In this document: positions 1 to 11,740 of the stretch, one piece after another
Layout of the letters: each line of letters opens with the position of its first letter
How positions within the stretch are numbered: the first letter of the stretch is position 1
NCBI RefSeq assembly: GCF_006345805.1
Contig: NC_043008.1
Location: forward strand, 55,490,001-55,554,000
Direction: 5' to 3'
Origin: Octopus sinensis
Lineage: Eukaryota
DNA: 64,000 nt
Position numbers and translations under genes: made by a program
Notes under the pieces: model-generated
Databases searched by the model: none
What the model was told of the DNA's origin: nothing
Seen by the model: only the letters and a program-made list of their open reading frames with translations

Positions 1-442
1 TATACATATACATATATACATACACACATATATACATATATACACACATATATACACACATATACATATATATACACACATATATACATATATACACATA
101 TATACATATATACACACATATATACATATATATATACACATATATATATACACACTATATACATATATATATACACCATATACATATATATATATATACA
201 CATATATACACACACATATATACACATACATATACACATATATACACATATATATACACACATATACATATATATACATATATACACACATATATACATA
301 TATATACACATATATATATACACACATATATACATTATATATACACACATATATACATATATATATACACACTATATACATATATATATACACACATATA
401 TACATATATATATAACACACATATATACACACATATATATAT

Positions 443-493
<51 letters not shown>

Positions 494-569
494 TATATAT
501 ATACACACATATACACACAAATATATACATATATATATACACACACATACATACACATACACACACACA
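1..569. repeat. Compound (CA)n/(TA)n microsatellite
   Basis: Sequence is almost entirely TATACA/CACATA variants; source of the CVYI-type ORFs. Confidence 0.95.
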
Positions 570-942
570 GTTACTGTTTATGTATTTAGGACCCTCCACC
601 TCCTTATGCAATCCATGGTGGGGACTATTTGTATCTATTGAGAACACTAGATTGTTTGTATGTCAGTATCACAGATTAGGATTTCTGTTTATTTATAAGA
701 GATGAAATGAGCCCTTAGTGTTTAATATTTTCATCATATTCCTTGTTTGTTTGGTCTTTTTTTTTAACATGGTGCTTGTTTTTAACCCTTCTTCTCCAGT
801 CATTGGTTATTCTTGTTAGAGGATTGGCAGGAACTGTTGGTGCATCAGACAAAAGGCTTTGCAACGTTTTCTAACGGCATATTAATGCTCTCTTTCAAAT
901 CCCGCTGAGTTCGGCATTGCCATTTCATCATTCTGAGATTGA

Positions 943-1470
943 TACCATATTTTCTGGTGTAGGAATACGCTGGCATGAGCAGCGCAAGCGATCGGACGTG
1001 GCTTGGCTTTCTCTCAGGGAACGACCCTACACTCAGAGAACCTCACCCCAATGAAGTGGGAGCGAACCGACGAATCGTCTTGACTCGCAACAAGAAAGCA
1101 TCGCAACCAGTCCTGCGGATTCGGCTGCCGGTTTCCCTACTAGAGATACACGTGCACTAGTTCTTACCTGTGACCGCAGAATAAACCACCACTTATTGTT
1201 ACCGAAGACTGCCTGACTTTGTCTCCGTTTATTCAACTTAAATTGTATGTGACAGGATCAGATCGGACACCCCTCGAGTGTTCCTGAACTCCCATCCTGT
1301 TACACTGGTATATAAATCAAATTCTTCAGACCAAAATTTATAGCAAAATAAAGATAGGTCAACTTATACACCAAGATGACTTGGAGGACCAAAAAGTCCA
1401 TATGAAAAGCAGCAGGAATCAGAAAGATAGAGACAATGGTTGAAAGCTTGCACTACATGTTTACACTATA
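943..1470 (+). mobile_element. Non-autonomous Tc1/pogo-like DNA transposon end, interrupted by a solo LTR
   Basis: Removing 958-1308 restores TACCATATTTTCTGGTATATAAATCAA..., which aligns along its length with 61488-61668. TACC(G)TATTTT start and internal GTCAACTTATACACC resemble pogo/Tigger-type termini (family call is inference). Confidence 0.55.
958..1304. mobile_element. Solo LTR (347 bp), probably Gypsy-type
   Basis: Starts TGTAGG, ends GTTACA, flanked by a 4-bp direct repeat CTGG (954-957, 1305-1308); internal AATAAA at 1180; CpG-rich relative to the flanks. Confidence 0.75.
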
Positions 1471-1475
1471 TATTC

Positions 1476-2210
1476 TTTTCTACTCTAGGCGCAAGGTCTG
1501 AAATTTGTGGGGAGGGGGCCAGTTGATTATATCGACCCCAATATGCAACTGGTACTTAATTTTATCAACCCAGAAAGGATGAAAGGCAACGTCGACCTCA
1601 GAACGTAAAGACAGGCAAAATACCTATTTCTTTACTACCCAAAAGGGGCTAAACATAGAGAGGACAAACAAGGACAGGCAAATGGATTAAGTCGATTACA
1701 TTGACCCCCAGTGCGTAACTGGTACTTATTTAATCAACCCCGAAAGGATGAAAGGCAACATCGACTTCAGCGGAATTTGAACTCAGAACGTAAAGACAGG
1801 CAAAATACCTATTTCTTTACTACCCAAAAGGGGCTAAACACAGAGAGACAAACAGATTAAGTCGATTACATTGACCCGAGTGCGTAACTGGTACTTATTT
1901 AATCAACCCTGAAAGGATGAAAGGCAACGTCGACCTCAGCGGAATTTGAACTCAGAATGTAAAGACAGGCAAAATACCTATTTCTTTACTACCCACAAGG
2001 GGCTAAACACAGAGAGGACAAACAAGGACAGACAAACGGATTAAGTTGATTATATCGACCCCAGTGCGTAACTGGTACTTATTTAATCGACCCCGAAAGG
2101 AAGAAAGGCAACGTTGACCTCAGCGGAATTTGAACTCAAAACATAAAGACAGGTAAAATACCACTAAGCATTTCAGCCAGTGTGCAAACATTTCTGCCAG
2201 CTCACCGCCT
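1476..2210 (-). mobile_element. Family A tRNA-derived SINE multimer (one head plus about 3 tandem 170-185 bp body units)
   Basis: Repeated TACCTATTTCTTTACTACCC unit starts at 1621, about 1806 and about 1975; A-box/B-box head at the right end. Confidence 0.85.
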
Positions 2211-2549
2211 TGTTTACACTGTATATTATGTCGACTTGTATGCCAGGAAATACAATAAAATAAAACACAAGTCAAGTGCCGAGAGTCAATAAAATCTACC
2301 ATCTCGCCTCTCAAGAAATATCTGGTTTCGTGCCGATGCTATTACTGAAACTGATGGATGGGGAGAATCGTTAGGGCATCAGACAAAATACCTTCTGGCA
2401 TTTGCGCTAGCTCTTTCATGTTCTACGTATATATTCCTTTGCATCTTTTTCAAAGTTGATTAAATAAACTACAATTACTAGGGGCAATTAAATCAAACCA
2501 CACCTAACCCCCTACCAAATATCAGGCCTTAGTGTCCATTTTACAAGTA

Positions 2550-2579
<30 letters not shown>

Positions 2580-2581
<2 letters not shown>

Positions 2582-2830
2582 GGTGGTGAACTGGTAGAAT
2601 TGTTCTGAGTTCAAATTCCACGAAGGACAACTTTACCTTTCATCCTTTCGGGGTCGATAAATTAAGTGCCACCTGCATACTAGGGTCAATCTAATCAACT
2701 AGCCTCCTCCCCCAATAGTAGAAAGAATTATAGTAGAAAGAATTATTATTATTATTATTATTATTATTTCACTGAGGTCAACTTTGCCTGTCATCTTTTC
2801 AGGGTCGATAAATTAAGTACCAGTGAAACA
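2580..2830 (+). mobile_element. Two degenerate family A SINE pieces in (TTA)n tracts
   Basis: GTTCTGAGTTCAAATTCC B-box and CATCCTTTCGGGGTCGATAAATTAAGT body. Confidence 0.7.
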
Positions 2831-2831
2831 C

Positions 2832-2998
2832 TACACTCTCGGTGTGGTTGGCATTAGGAAGGGCATCCAGCTGTAGAAACTCCGCCAGATCAGATTGGAA
2901 CCTAGTGCAGCCATCTGGTTCGCAAGTCCTCAGTCAAATCATCCAACCCATGCTAGCATGGAAAGCAGACGTTAAATGATGATGATGATGATGATGAC
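2832..2998 (+). mobile_element. Family F retroposon 3' end
   Basis: AGGAAGGGCATCCAGCTGTAGAAA ... CCATGCTAGCATGG ... (GAT)n tail. Confidence 0.8.
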
Positions 2999-3009
2999 AC
3001 ACATATATA

Positions 3010-3064
3010 CTTTATTATAAAAGCTGCAAAATATTAAAAATATTTTGCAGCTTTTATAATAAAG
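3010..3064. repeat. Perfect 26-bp inverted repeat with 3-nt loop
   Basis: CTTTATTATAAAAGCTGCAAAATATT-AAA-AATATTTTGCAGCTTTTATAATAAAG. Confidence 0.9.
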
Positions 3065-3131
3065 CATATTACTCTACCCTTGGTATTCAAGTACTATTTT
3101 TTCCACATTGTTTTCTGCTTATGTGCCTCTA

Positions 3132-3175
<44 letters not shown>

Positions 3176-3283
3176 TGTGTTTGAACTCATGTTTTGGGTC
3201 CTATTTTTCCTATTTGCATTGCCAAACCTTTATATATATATCTATATATGTATGTATTTGTGTGTATGTAAACAAACACATAC

Positions 3284-3332
<49 letters not shown>

Positions 3333-4038
3333 CAGAGAGAGAGACGGCTATTTTCTAAGATGAATATAAAACAGAAATATTATAAAAGTTCAAAGTAATT
3401 TCCTGCATTACCCTATCAGCCATCGACTCATTGTTCCATCGACCTCCATTCTTACATTCATATAAAGTGATTTCAAAAGCAAGAGAGAAAGACAGAAGTA
3501 AGTCATTTGGAGATATATATTTAGCATAAATGAATAAACTGGGACGAAAAGGCTGCAATCAATAGAGGGGAAACAAATGAAGTCCAAACAACAACATTAT
3601 CTGCAGCAACAAAACTAAACCATGAATGAATAAGTAGACAAATAAATACATAACCCTGTTTCTAAATAGCCTTAATTTGAGGGTGGGGAAGAATTCATTT
3701 CCTGTCCACATTGAAAAGAGACATACCATGTATAATGATAGGTTAAAAAGCAAAAAATACAAGCTGCTGAAATTGTAATGACTCTTAGGATAGAGAAGAT
3801 GGGTGATGGAATGGGTTCAGCCATGCTGGATTTTTTCTGTTTTGAATGGGTGGATGGGAGCTGTTCTGTTAATCGTTGTTCAGGTCCTCCATTATTTTGC
3901 TACATGCATGCATGCATACATGTGTGTGTGTGTGGTTAAGAAGTTTATTTTCCAATCGATTTGTGTGGCATCTTGTGCAAGTATCTTCTGCTATACTCCA
4001 GGCTAGCCAAAGCCATGGGAATGGATTTCATAGACTCA

Positions 4039-4248
4039 TTATGTGTGTGTATAAACATGTGTGTGTGTGTGTATAAACGTGTATGTTTGTGTATAAACAT
4101 GTGTATATATAGACGTATGTGTGTGTGTGTATAAATGTGTGTTTGTGTATAAACATGTGTATATATAAACGTGTGTGTGTGTATAAACATGTGTATGTGT
4201 ATGTATAAACATGTGTATGTGTGTATAAACATGTGTGTGTGTGTGTAT

Positions 4249-4285
<37 letters not shown>
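4039..4285. repeat. Compound (GT)n minisatellite with recurring GTGTATAAACATGT unit
   Basis: Direct inspection. Confidence 0.9.
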
Positions 4286-4286
<1 letters not shown>

Positions 4287-4299
4287 AAGAGAGTGAGCA

Positions 4300-4500
4300 T
4301 GTGTAGATTTGTGGCTCTGTGATTGTTGTAAATGAATGTCATTCATTTCCAATGTTCTGCAAAAACATGTCAGGTCATGGGGAAATATTACTTAGCTTGA
4401 AAACAGGTAAGTTTTAGGAACAGGAAGGGCATCCTGATATAAAACATCAACCTTGATAAACTCTATCTGACGCATGCAAGCATAGAAAAGGGAACATTGA
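4300..4500 (+). mobile_element. Family I retroposon 3' part
   Basis: CATGGGGAAATATTAC...CAGGAAGGGCATCC...CATGCAAGCAT motif series, also seen at 33.9, 42.0 and 63.5 kb. Confidence 0.7.
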
Positions 4501-4734
4501 AATATATATGTGTATATTTCATTGTAATAGGCACAGGCACAGCAGTGCAGTGAATAAGCTTGCTATCTAGCCATGTGGTTTCAGGTTCAGTCCTACTGCG
4601 TGGCACCTTGAGCAAATATCTTCTACAATAGCTCAAGGTGACCAAAGCTTTGTGAATAGATTTGGTAGGCAGAAACTGAAAGAATCCTGTCGTGTGTGTG
4701 TGTGTGTGTGTGTGTGCATTTAAAAAATTTTTTT

Positions 4735-5107
4735 TTCTTTTACTTGTTTCAGTCATTTGACTGTGGCCATGCTGGAGCACCGCCTTTAATCGAGCAACTC
4801 GACCCCAGGACTTATTCTTTTGTAAGCCCAGTACTTATTCTATTGGTCTCTTTTGCCGAACCGCTAAGTAACGGGGACATAAACACACCAGCATCGGTTG
4901 TCAAGCAATGCTAGGGAGACAAATTCAGACACACAAACATATACACACACATATATATATATATATATACATACATACATATATACGACGGGCTTCTTTC
5001 AGTTTCCGTCTACCAAATCCACTCACAAGGCTTTGGTCGGGACATAAACACACCAGCATCGGTTGTCAAGCAATGCTAGGGGGACAAATACAGACACACA
5101 AACATAT

Positions 5108-5138
<31 letters not shown>

Positions 5139-5314
5139 CATACATATATACGACGGGCTTCTTTCAGTTTCCGTCTACCAAATCCACTCACAAGGCTTTG
5201 GTCGGCCTGAGGCTATAGTAGAAGACACTTGCCCAAGGTGCCACGCAGTGGGACTGAACCCGGAACCATGTGGCTGGTAAACAAGCTACTTACCACACAG
5301 CCACTCCTTCGCCT
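4735..5314 (-). mobile_element. Full-length family B SINE with a 165-bp internal tandem duplication
   Basis: Head GCGAAGGAGTGGCTGTGTGG, B-box GGTTCAGTCCC, CORE-like ACCTTGGGCAAGT; 4876-5040 is repeated at 5041-5205. Confidence 0.9.
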
Positions 5315-6689
5315 GCATTTGAGTGCAGTCTTGAATTGATGTCACATGGTGGTCATAAATAAGCATCACCATTATACACGCAATGTTGATTCGTCTCCAA
5401 TCTTTCATTAAAAGCATGTCTCACTATGGGAAATTATTACTTTGCCTGGAAACAGTTGAACGTCGGCAACAAGAAGGGCATCCAGACTCGACAAATTCCA
5501 CTTGCCTCATTGCAAGCATGTAAAAAGTGGACATCGAATGATGATAATGAAGATAGCACCTTTTACCTTTTTATTTCACACTGTCCCTGTAATAAATTCA
5601 CACAGCCTTCCCTTACACAAATTTAAACTATGACGGGGCATCGGATTAAACAGAAATAGAAACAGGATATGAAAATATGAGAATAATCAAGAATGTGCAA
5701 TCAAATTCAGTCCATTAGTATGCTTGTTATTCTTTCTTGTTTGTTTGCCTGTTTTGGGGGGTGTTTTTTTTTTATGTATTTATTTATGGTTAATTTTATT
5801 GCCATGTATTATTAATGAGTTCAATTAAGATGCGTCAAGCTAAAATGTAATAATGGACTGAGTAGAGTGTGATTCTATATGCTTTGTTGCGGCTACTGTT
5901 GTTTGGTTTTCTTGTTGTGGAAGTCCACCTGTGATGTGCGGGAGGTGGGGATAGTGGTGGTGGAGGTGGTGGTGGTGGCGAATGAACCACAAACATAAAA
6001 TGAAAGAATGAATGGACATGAAATTTCTCTGTTCAATCAAAATTAAATTGATTCTTGTTTTTGACCTCAGTATAGAACAGTTATTTCCAATTGAAAAAAA
6101 AACAAAACCAAAATAACAAAACAAGAAAACAAAAATAAAAAAACAACAAAACAAAAAAAAAAACTATTTGCTGGCTCTAAGTTTTCAAAGGTAATTACAA
6201 AACTAGACCACACTCCATCCTAGCCCAAAATAGCAGGATCAGGGACTTAGTAAATATTATAGATTAGTTCTGATACTTGTTTTTTTATTTTTGAAGAGGG
6301 GGCAGGTTCCATTATATAAATGAAAATATATGTAATTACATCTGGTTTGTTTGATTTTTTTTTTTTTGCTTTGTTTTTTCACAGAAAAAAATTTCTCCAT
6401 TATACAAATTAAATATATTAAGTGAAGTCATGGATATGTTTTATCCATTACTTGTTTCAATCATTGGACTGCAGCCATGCTGGGACACCACCTTGAAATG
6501 TTTAGTCAAACAAATCGACTTGTCGTTCTTGTTGTTTGTTCCTTCTCAACTCATAAGGGCCAGTTTCCTGGTTTCATTGGTGTATAGGTTCCTCTTGGTA
6601 GAGGAATAGTATTTAACTGCTATTTCTAATTCGGTATGTGGTGAAGCATTTTGCTGAACCCTAATTATAATTATGCTTATAATTATACA

Positions 6690-6726
<37 letters not shown>

Positions 6727-7418
6727 CAGACAGATGTATTTGTGCTTGTCTTTCACACCATTTGATAATTGATGTTGGTTTGTTTTTGTCCCCAAGCCTA
6801 ACAGTTTGGCAAAAGACACTGACAAAATAAGTACCTGACCTAAAAAAACAAGTCCTGGAGACAATTTATTAGACTAAGTCTTTCAAGGTGCTGCTCCAAT
6901 ATGGCCATACTATGACTTAAGTAGGAAAAAAAATTTGTCTTCCAGACATCTAACCACTTATATATACCATGCAGATTCAAAGAGTAATGTTTTTACTTCG
7001 AGATACAATATAATGACTGGAGCAATGGTTGCAACTCATTTCTGTCAATCCTGCACATTAAACACCACAGCTACTCGTTTCTATCTCACTGCACAGCTGA
7101 TAGAAATACACAACTGGAATGAGGAGACACACAGCTTTCTATATTCAGAGAAAAGAAGAAAAAAAAACTACATTTGCTGCTCTCTGCAGGCCTAAGAAAC
7201 CAAAACACTAAAGAATGCTATAAGAGATAATCTAGCCATAAAAAAAAAGTAGGTTGCTGTTTTTAATTAAAATAAGGTTTAGTATACAAGTCAGTGGCAG
7301 GTTTTTGTGACATTCAAGAACAATAGTCATTTGTTTTATTGATTTTTGCCATAATAAAAGGGTCAGTACAGATGTGCAAACAGCTAGGTATTTAACTTAT
7401 CAAATTACTAAGTATATA

Positions 7419-7946
7419 CAGGTTGTCCATAAATTATCTTTACAACTTGTACAATTTATTGTATCTATTTGTCGTAGTACCGCTATTGTACTACTTACAA
7501 CCAATAGTTATTTTCCAACAAGATGGTGTGCTGACCCAGTGGGCGTTTGAGTGTTCGAGAGATTCTTCATGGAACTTTTTCAAGCTGGTGGGACTAGAAG
7601 AAGCAGTCCAGTAGTTCCATGGCCACTGAGGTCACCAAATATAAACCTTAAGGGGCTATATTAAAGACAGAGTCTATCATACAAAAGTTCAAGACCTAAA
7701 TGATATCAAAGGGAAAATGCACCAAGCCATATCTAACGCTGATGTAAGGATGCTCCAATACACATGGTCAGAAATTGAGTATTATCTAGATGTGTTGTAT
7801 GCAACCAATGAATCCCTCAAGGAAGTGTTCTGATGTTTCTATTAAAACTTTATTTGTTTACCTGTTTTCCAATAAAGTCTGCTGAGTTGTTTTTTATTGT
7901 TTTCTGATTGTTTTTTAATCATAAAAGTAATTTATAGAAATGCTGT
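7419..7946 (+). mobile_element. Internally deleted Tc1/mariner element with transposase C-terminal pseudogene
   Basis: TA-CAGGTTGTCCATAAATTATC terminus. Translates, with frameshifts, to IFQQDG...PWPLRSPNI...GYIKDRVYHTKVQDLNDIK...TWSEIEYYLDV. Degenerate right TIR near 7925-7946. Confidence 0.85.
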
Positions 7947-8365
7947 GTTGATGTTGATATGCAAATGTTTCATAGCAAGGTATGTCTTCATTATAGTTGC
8001 TTTAGTTTATCTGACTGAGAAACCAGATTGCCAGATCTTGTAGGAAAGATATCTGTGACAGACTAGAGATTTGACTAGAAACCCTTGAAGGAAAGACTGA
8101 CATATGAGACATTTGTTTCATGTTGTCTTCTTGTTATATAAACAGATCAAAGCACTGAACATGCAAACAACTGTGTGACCACAACAGTTATTCTTTTTCT
8201 GTTGATAATGTTACCAAAAGGCAGACAGCAAAAAAAAATTACCAAGTATGGTAAGAACTGAAATTGTTTGAACTTCTGTAGAAGTGATAGTTTACAGACA
8301 ACTAAAACAAACAACAAAAGTTTCAGGATTTTAGTAATATCCTCCTCATAGCCAACAAGTCAAGA

Positions 8366-8661
8366 GGTACATGGCCTAGTGGTTAGAGAAGCGGACTCGC
8401 AGTCAAGGGATCACGGGTTCAAATCTCAGACCGGGCAATGTGTGTGTTTATGAACGAAACACCTAAGCTCCACAGGGCTCCAGCAGAAGGTAATGGCAAA
8501 CTTCTGCTGACTCTTTTACCACAACTTTCTCTCACTCTTTCCTCCTGCATATTGCAGCTCACCTGCGACGGACCGGCGTCCCGTCGAGGTGGGGAACCTA
8601 TACGCGAAGGAAACCGGGAAACTGGCCCTTATGAGCCAGGTGTGGCTCGAGAAGGAACAAA
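8366..8661 (+). mobile_element. Family D tRNA-derived SINE
   Basis: A-box TGGCCTAGTGG, B-box GGGTTCAAATC; 13-bp TSD CAACAAGTCAAGA (8353-8365, 8662-8674). Confidence 0.9.
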
Positions 8662-8698
8662 CAACAAGTCAAGAAATTGCCACTGTATTACATCTTAA

Positions 8699-8915
8699 CC
8701 CTTTGGCATTTAAACCGGCCATATCCGGCCCAAAATATTCTACCTATTTTACATTCAAACTGACTGGATCCAGCCTCTTACATTAATCCTACAATGCCAT
8801 GCTAAAAATAAACAATAACATCATCAAAACCTCAAAGCTACAAGATAATGCATGAGTTATTTAAATCAACATAAATAAATAAGCATTACATTAGAGTAAT
8901 CTGAATGCTAAAGGG
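8699..8915. mobile_element. piggyBac-type MITE
   Basis: TTAA-CCCTTTGGCATT...AATGCTAAAGGG-TTAA: TIRs starting CCC, TTAA target duplication. Confidence 0.8.
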
Positions 8916-9039
8916 TTAATCAAACCACTGAGTCAATCCCAAACCTGTTTTAGCGTGAGGAGAGAAATAATAGCACAAAAGGATAACTCAAAATTAACAT
9001 TATTAATATACATCCATTTTTCCATACTACTTCATCATC

Positions 9040-9270
9040 ATCATCATTTCAATGTTCACTTTTCTATGCTCAGATGGGGGTGGGCAGAATTTACTGAGGT
9101 AGATTTCCTACAACCAGATGCCATTCTTGTTGCCCACCCTCATCTGTTTCCAAGTAAGATAATGTTTCCCTGTAACCAGATGTGGAAGAGTGAAAGAATG
9201 GGAATGAGGAACATTGCTTGCATGACAAAGATTCTAGTTTACAACCATTGCATGATGCTAAGGTGTGGAA
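9040..9270 (-). mobile_element. Degenerate family I retroposon
   Basis: (CAT)n tail followed by reverse complement of the family I motifs. Confidence 0.6.
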
Positions 9271-9289
9271 ATACAAATGCACACATATA

Positions 9290-9915
9290 TACACAAAACA
9301 GGCTTCTTTTAGCTTCTGTCTGCCAAATCCACACACAATACTTTGGACAGTGTACCCAGGGGCTATAGTAAAAGACATTTGCTTAACCCTTTTGTTACCA
9401 TATTTCTGTTGAAGTAGCCTGTGTTTCTTTCAATTAATTTTAAATGTAACAAAGAACTTATTAAAACAACTTAGTTACCATTAAGTTAGTGTTAGGAACA
9501 TAAACTGTGACTAAGGTTTGGAGGAAGATTTTAATTCAGAACTTTTGAAAACAAGACATTTGTACTATAGAGCCAGAGGCAGTTTCAGTCAGGCTGGTAT
9601 CAAAAGGGCTAACCTTTTCGTTACCAACCCGGATTAAACCAGCTCTAGCTCTGAGTACAAATGTCATGTTTTCATAAGTTTTGAATTAAAATTTTCCACC
9701 AAACCTTAGTCACAATTTATGCTCATAACACTAACTTAATGATAAGTTATTTTTACTAAATTCTCTGTTATATTTGAAGTAATTGAAAGAAACACAGAAC
9801 ATCTCAAAATAAATACAGTAATGAAAGGGTTAAAGTGCCATACAGTGGGATTGAACCCAAAACTATATGGTTGGAAAACAAACTTCTTAATGATACAATC
9901 ACACCTGCATCTGCC
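9290..9915 (-). mobile_element. Family B SINE split by the MITE pair
   Basis: AGACATTTGC|TTAA...TTAA|AGTGCCATACAGTGGGATTGAACCC rejoins to the B core. Confidence 0.7.
9387..9829. mobile_element. Two piggyBac-type MITEs (second subfamily) in inverted orientation sharing one target site
   Basis: TTAA(9383)-CCCTTTTGTTACC...GGTATCAAAAGGG-CTAA(9609)-CCTTTTCGTTACC...AGTAATGAAAGGG-TTAA(9830); the two bodies are reverse complements. Confidence 0.8.
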
Positions 9916-10091
9916 ACAATACAAATTATTCCACTGGATACAGTCAAAGCAAAAAATAGATTAACACATGGATGCTTTTCCTACATCTTAACCAATCAAC
10001 TGGAATTTGTAGCTGGTGCAGGAAGAGCCTATGTTGTCAAACAAATAAACAGAGCCAAGCAGACCTATATGGTGATACATACAGCATACAA

Positions 10092-10458
10092 TCTCTCTAT
10101 ATATAAAGCTTGTCTGTGTATGGCAGGTTTGGTAGCCTTCAACTAACACTGTCTACTCTGAGACCCTGCGGCACAAGTTGACCAAAATTGAGAGTATGAT
10201 AGAAGGCTTGCTCTTCCTTCCAAAGAAGAAAAAATTCAAATCGGACCATGTGAACACCAAAAATTATTTACATAAAAAAGGTGCTTTTTTTCTATGAAAA
10301 TCCCTATATTTTACGCCATTTTTCAGTGAATTTCAACCAGAAAAATGTTCACTTAAAGAGAATAACAAGCTACATAATGCAAAATTTTTACTTTTCAAAA
10401 ATTCCAATTCTAAAGGGTTAAAACAAACCCGAGCAATGCCAGGCGATACTGCTACTAG
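10092..10458 (+). mobile_element. Non-autonomous Helitron
   Basis: A|TC 5' end (TCTCTCTATATATAAAG), 3' hairpin CCCGAGCAATGCCAGG then CTAG|T, no TSD; inserted at an A^T site. Confidence 0.7.
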
Positions 10459-11105
10459 TTAGAATAAAGTCCGCCTTACTAGTGAACCTAAGGTCAATAC
10501 TCCATATGTGTTTCATACATTTACTGTTAGCTGACAAAATTTCCTTACCAAGCCATCAATCATAAGGCTTGAGTAGAAAAGATGTCTGCTTTATGGCTGA
10601 AAAATATATCTTTTTGTCTTGTGTGGCTAATGTTGGGTTGTCCAAAGACAAAACACTGAGTACTACTTCCGTTCACTAACTCATCCATCCTCCTCTCCTC
10701 TCTCTCTCTATTTTTTCTCTTTTTTTTTTTTGTGAAGGCTGGGCTAGAGTGCAGCAGAACTTTGCAATTACCTTTTGACAAATTCTACTTTTGTGGGTCA
10801 GCAGAAATGTACTATTATTATTACTAGTAGTAGTAGTATTAAGCATTATTATTAGTAGTACAAGAAGTTCCTCCTATGTGACTAGACACATTAGTCAAGA
10901 ACACTTACCAAGAAATTAAGCAGGCAAAGGAAAAATGAAGACACTGACAAGGTGAGCACTTGAACTAATTGAAGAACTGGCAAAAAGTCTATGGTGCTTT
11001 TAGGAGTAGTTTGGCACATTACAAAGTTTATATTATTAAAACTCACTATATTACCCCTTAGAAAAACAGCAAAAATATTCTATTTAGGGATCCTGCTATC
11101 CTTCA

Positions 11106-11153
<48 letters not shown>

Positions 11154-11242
11154 ATTATTATTTGAGGGAATAAAATCCAAACTTACAAGGAAAAAAATTT
11201 AATTTAGAAAAGCTAAATCAAATTTCACCCAATATAATATTT

Positions 11243-11550
11243 ATATAAAAAAATAGTAAAAAACTACCTTTTATCAATTCAAAATGAACAATTAAATTAC
11301 ACCATCTAGAAAATTACATATAATAGAAAAAAAATGATTAAGTAAATGTAAAGATTAAGTAAATTGCAAAAAATAATAATAAAAACGTATATAATATACG
11401 TTTTTATTATTTTTTTTTGCAATTTATTTAATCTTTACATTTTATTGTTATTTTAATTAAAATTTTTCTATTATATGTAATTTTCTAGATGGCGTAATTT
11501 AATTGTTTATTTTGAATTGATAAAAGGTGGGTTTTTTTCTAATTTTATAT
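11243..11550. repeat. Long AT-rich imperfect palindrome (foldback element)
   Basis: Arms of about 150 bp centred at 11393 (AAAAACGTATAT-A-ATATACGTTTTT); (TA)n tracts nearby on both sides. Confidence 0.9.
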
Positions 11551-11589
11551 ATATATATATATATTATATATATATATACATACATACAT

Positions 11590-11740
11590 GATGGGCTTCT
11601 TTCAGTTTCTATTTGCCTAATGCACTGACAAGGCTTTGGTCAATCTAGGGTTATAGTAGAAGATAGTTGCCCAAGGTGCCACACAGTGGGACTGAACCCA
11701 GAACTATGTGGTTGGGAAGCAAGCTTCTTACCACACAGTC
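11590..11740 (-). mobile_element. Family B SINE 5' half
   Basis: TGCCCAAGGTGCCACACAGTGGGACTGAACCC. Confidence 0.75.

Noticed and set aside
335-647. CVYI-rich ORFs (also 3108-3398, 3945-4352, 35156-35870, 58943-59164)
   Set aside because: Translations of CA/TA/GT microsatellites, open in several frames at once.
5840-6154. His/Pro-rich minus-strand ORF
   Set aside because: Driven by a (GGT)n tract; no credible splice acceptor or homology.
8366-8440. tRNA gene (also other SINE heads)
   Set aside because: A- and B-boxes are present but there is no complete acceptor stem; the sequence continues into a SINE body bounded by TSDs.
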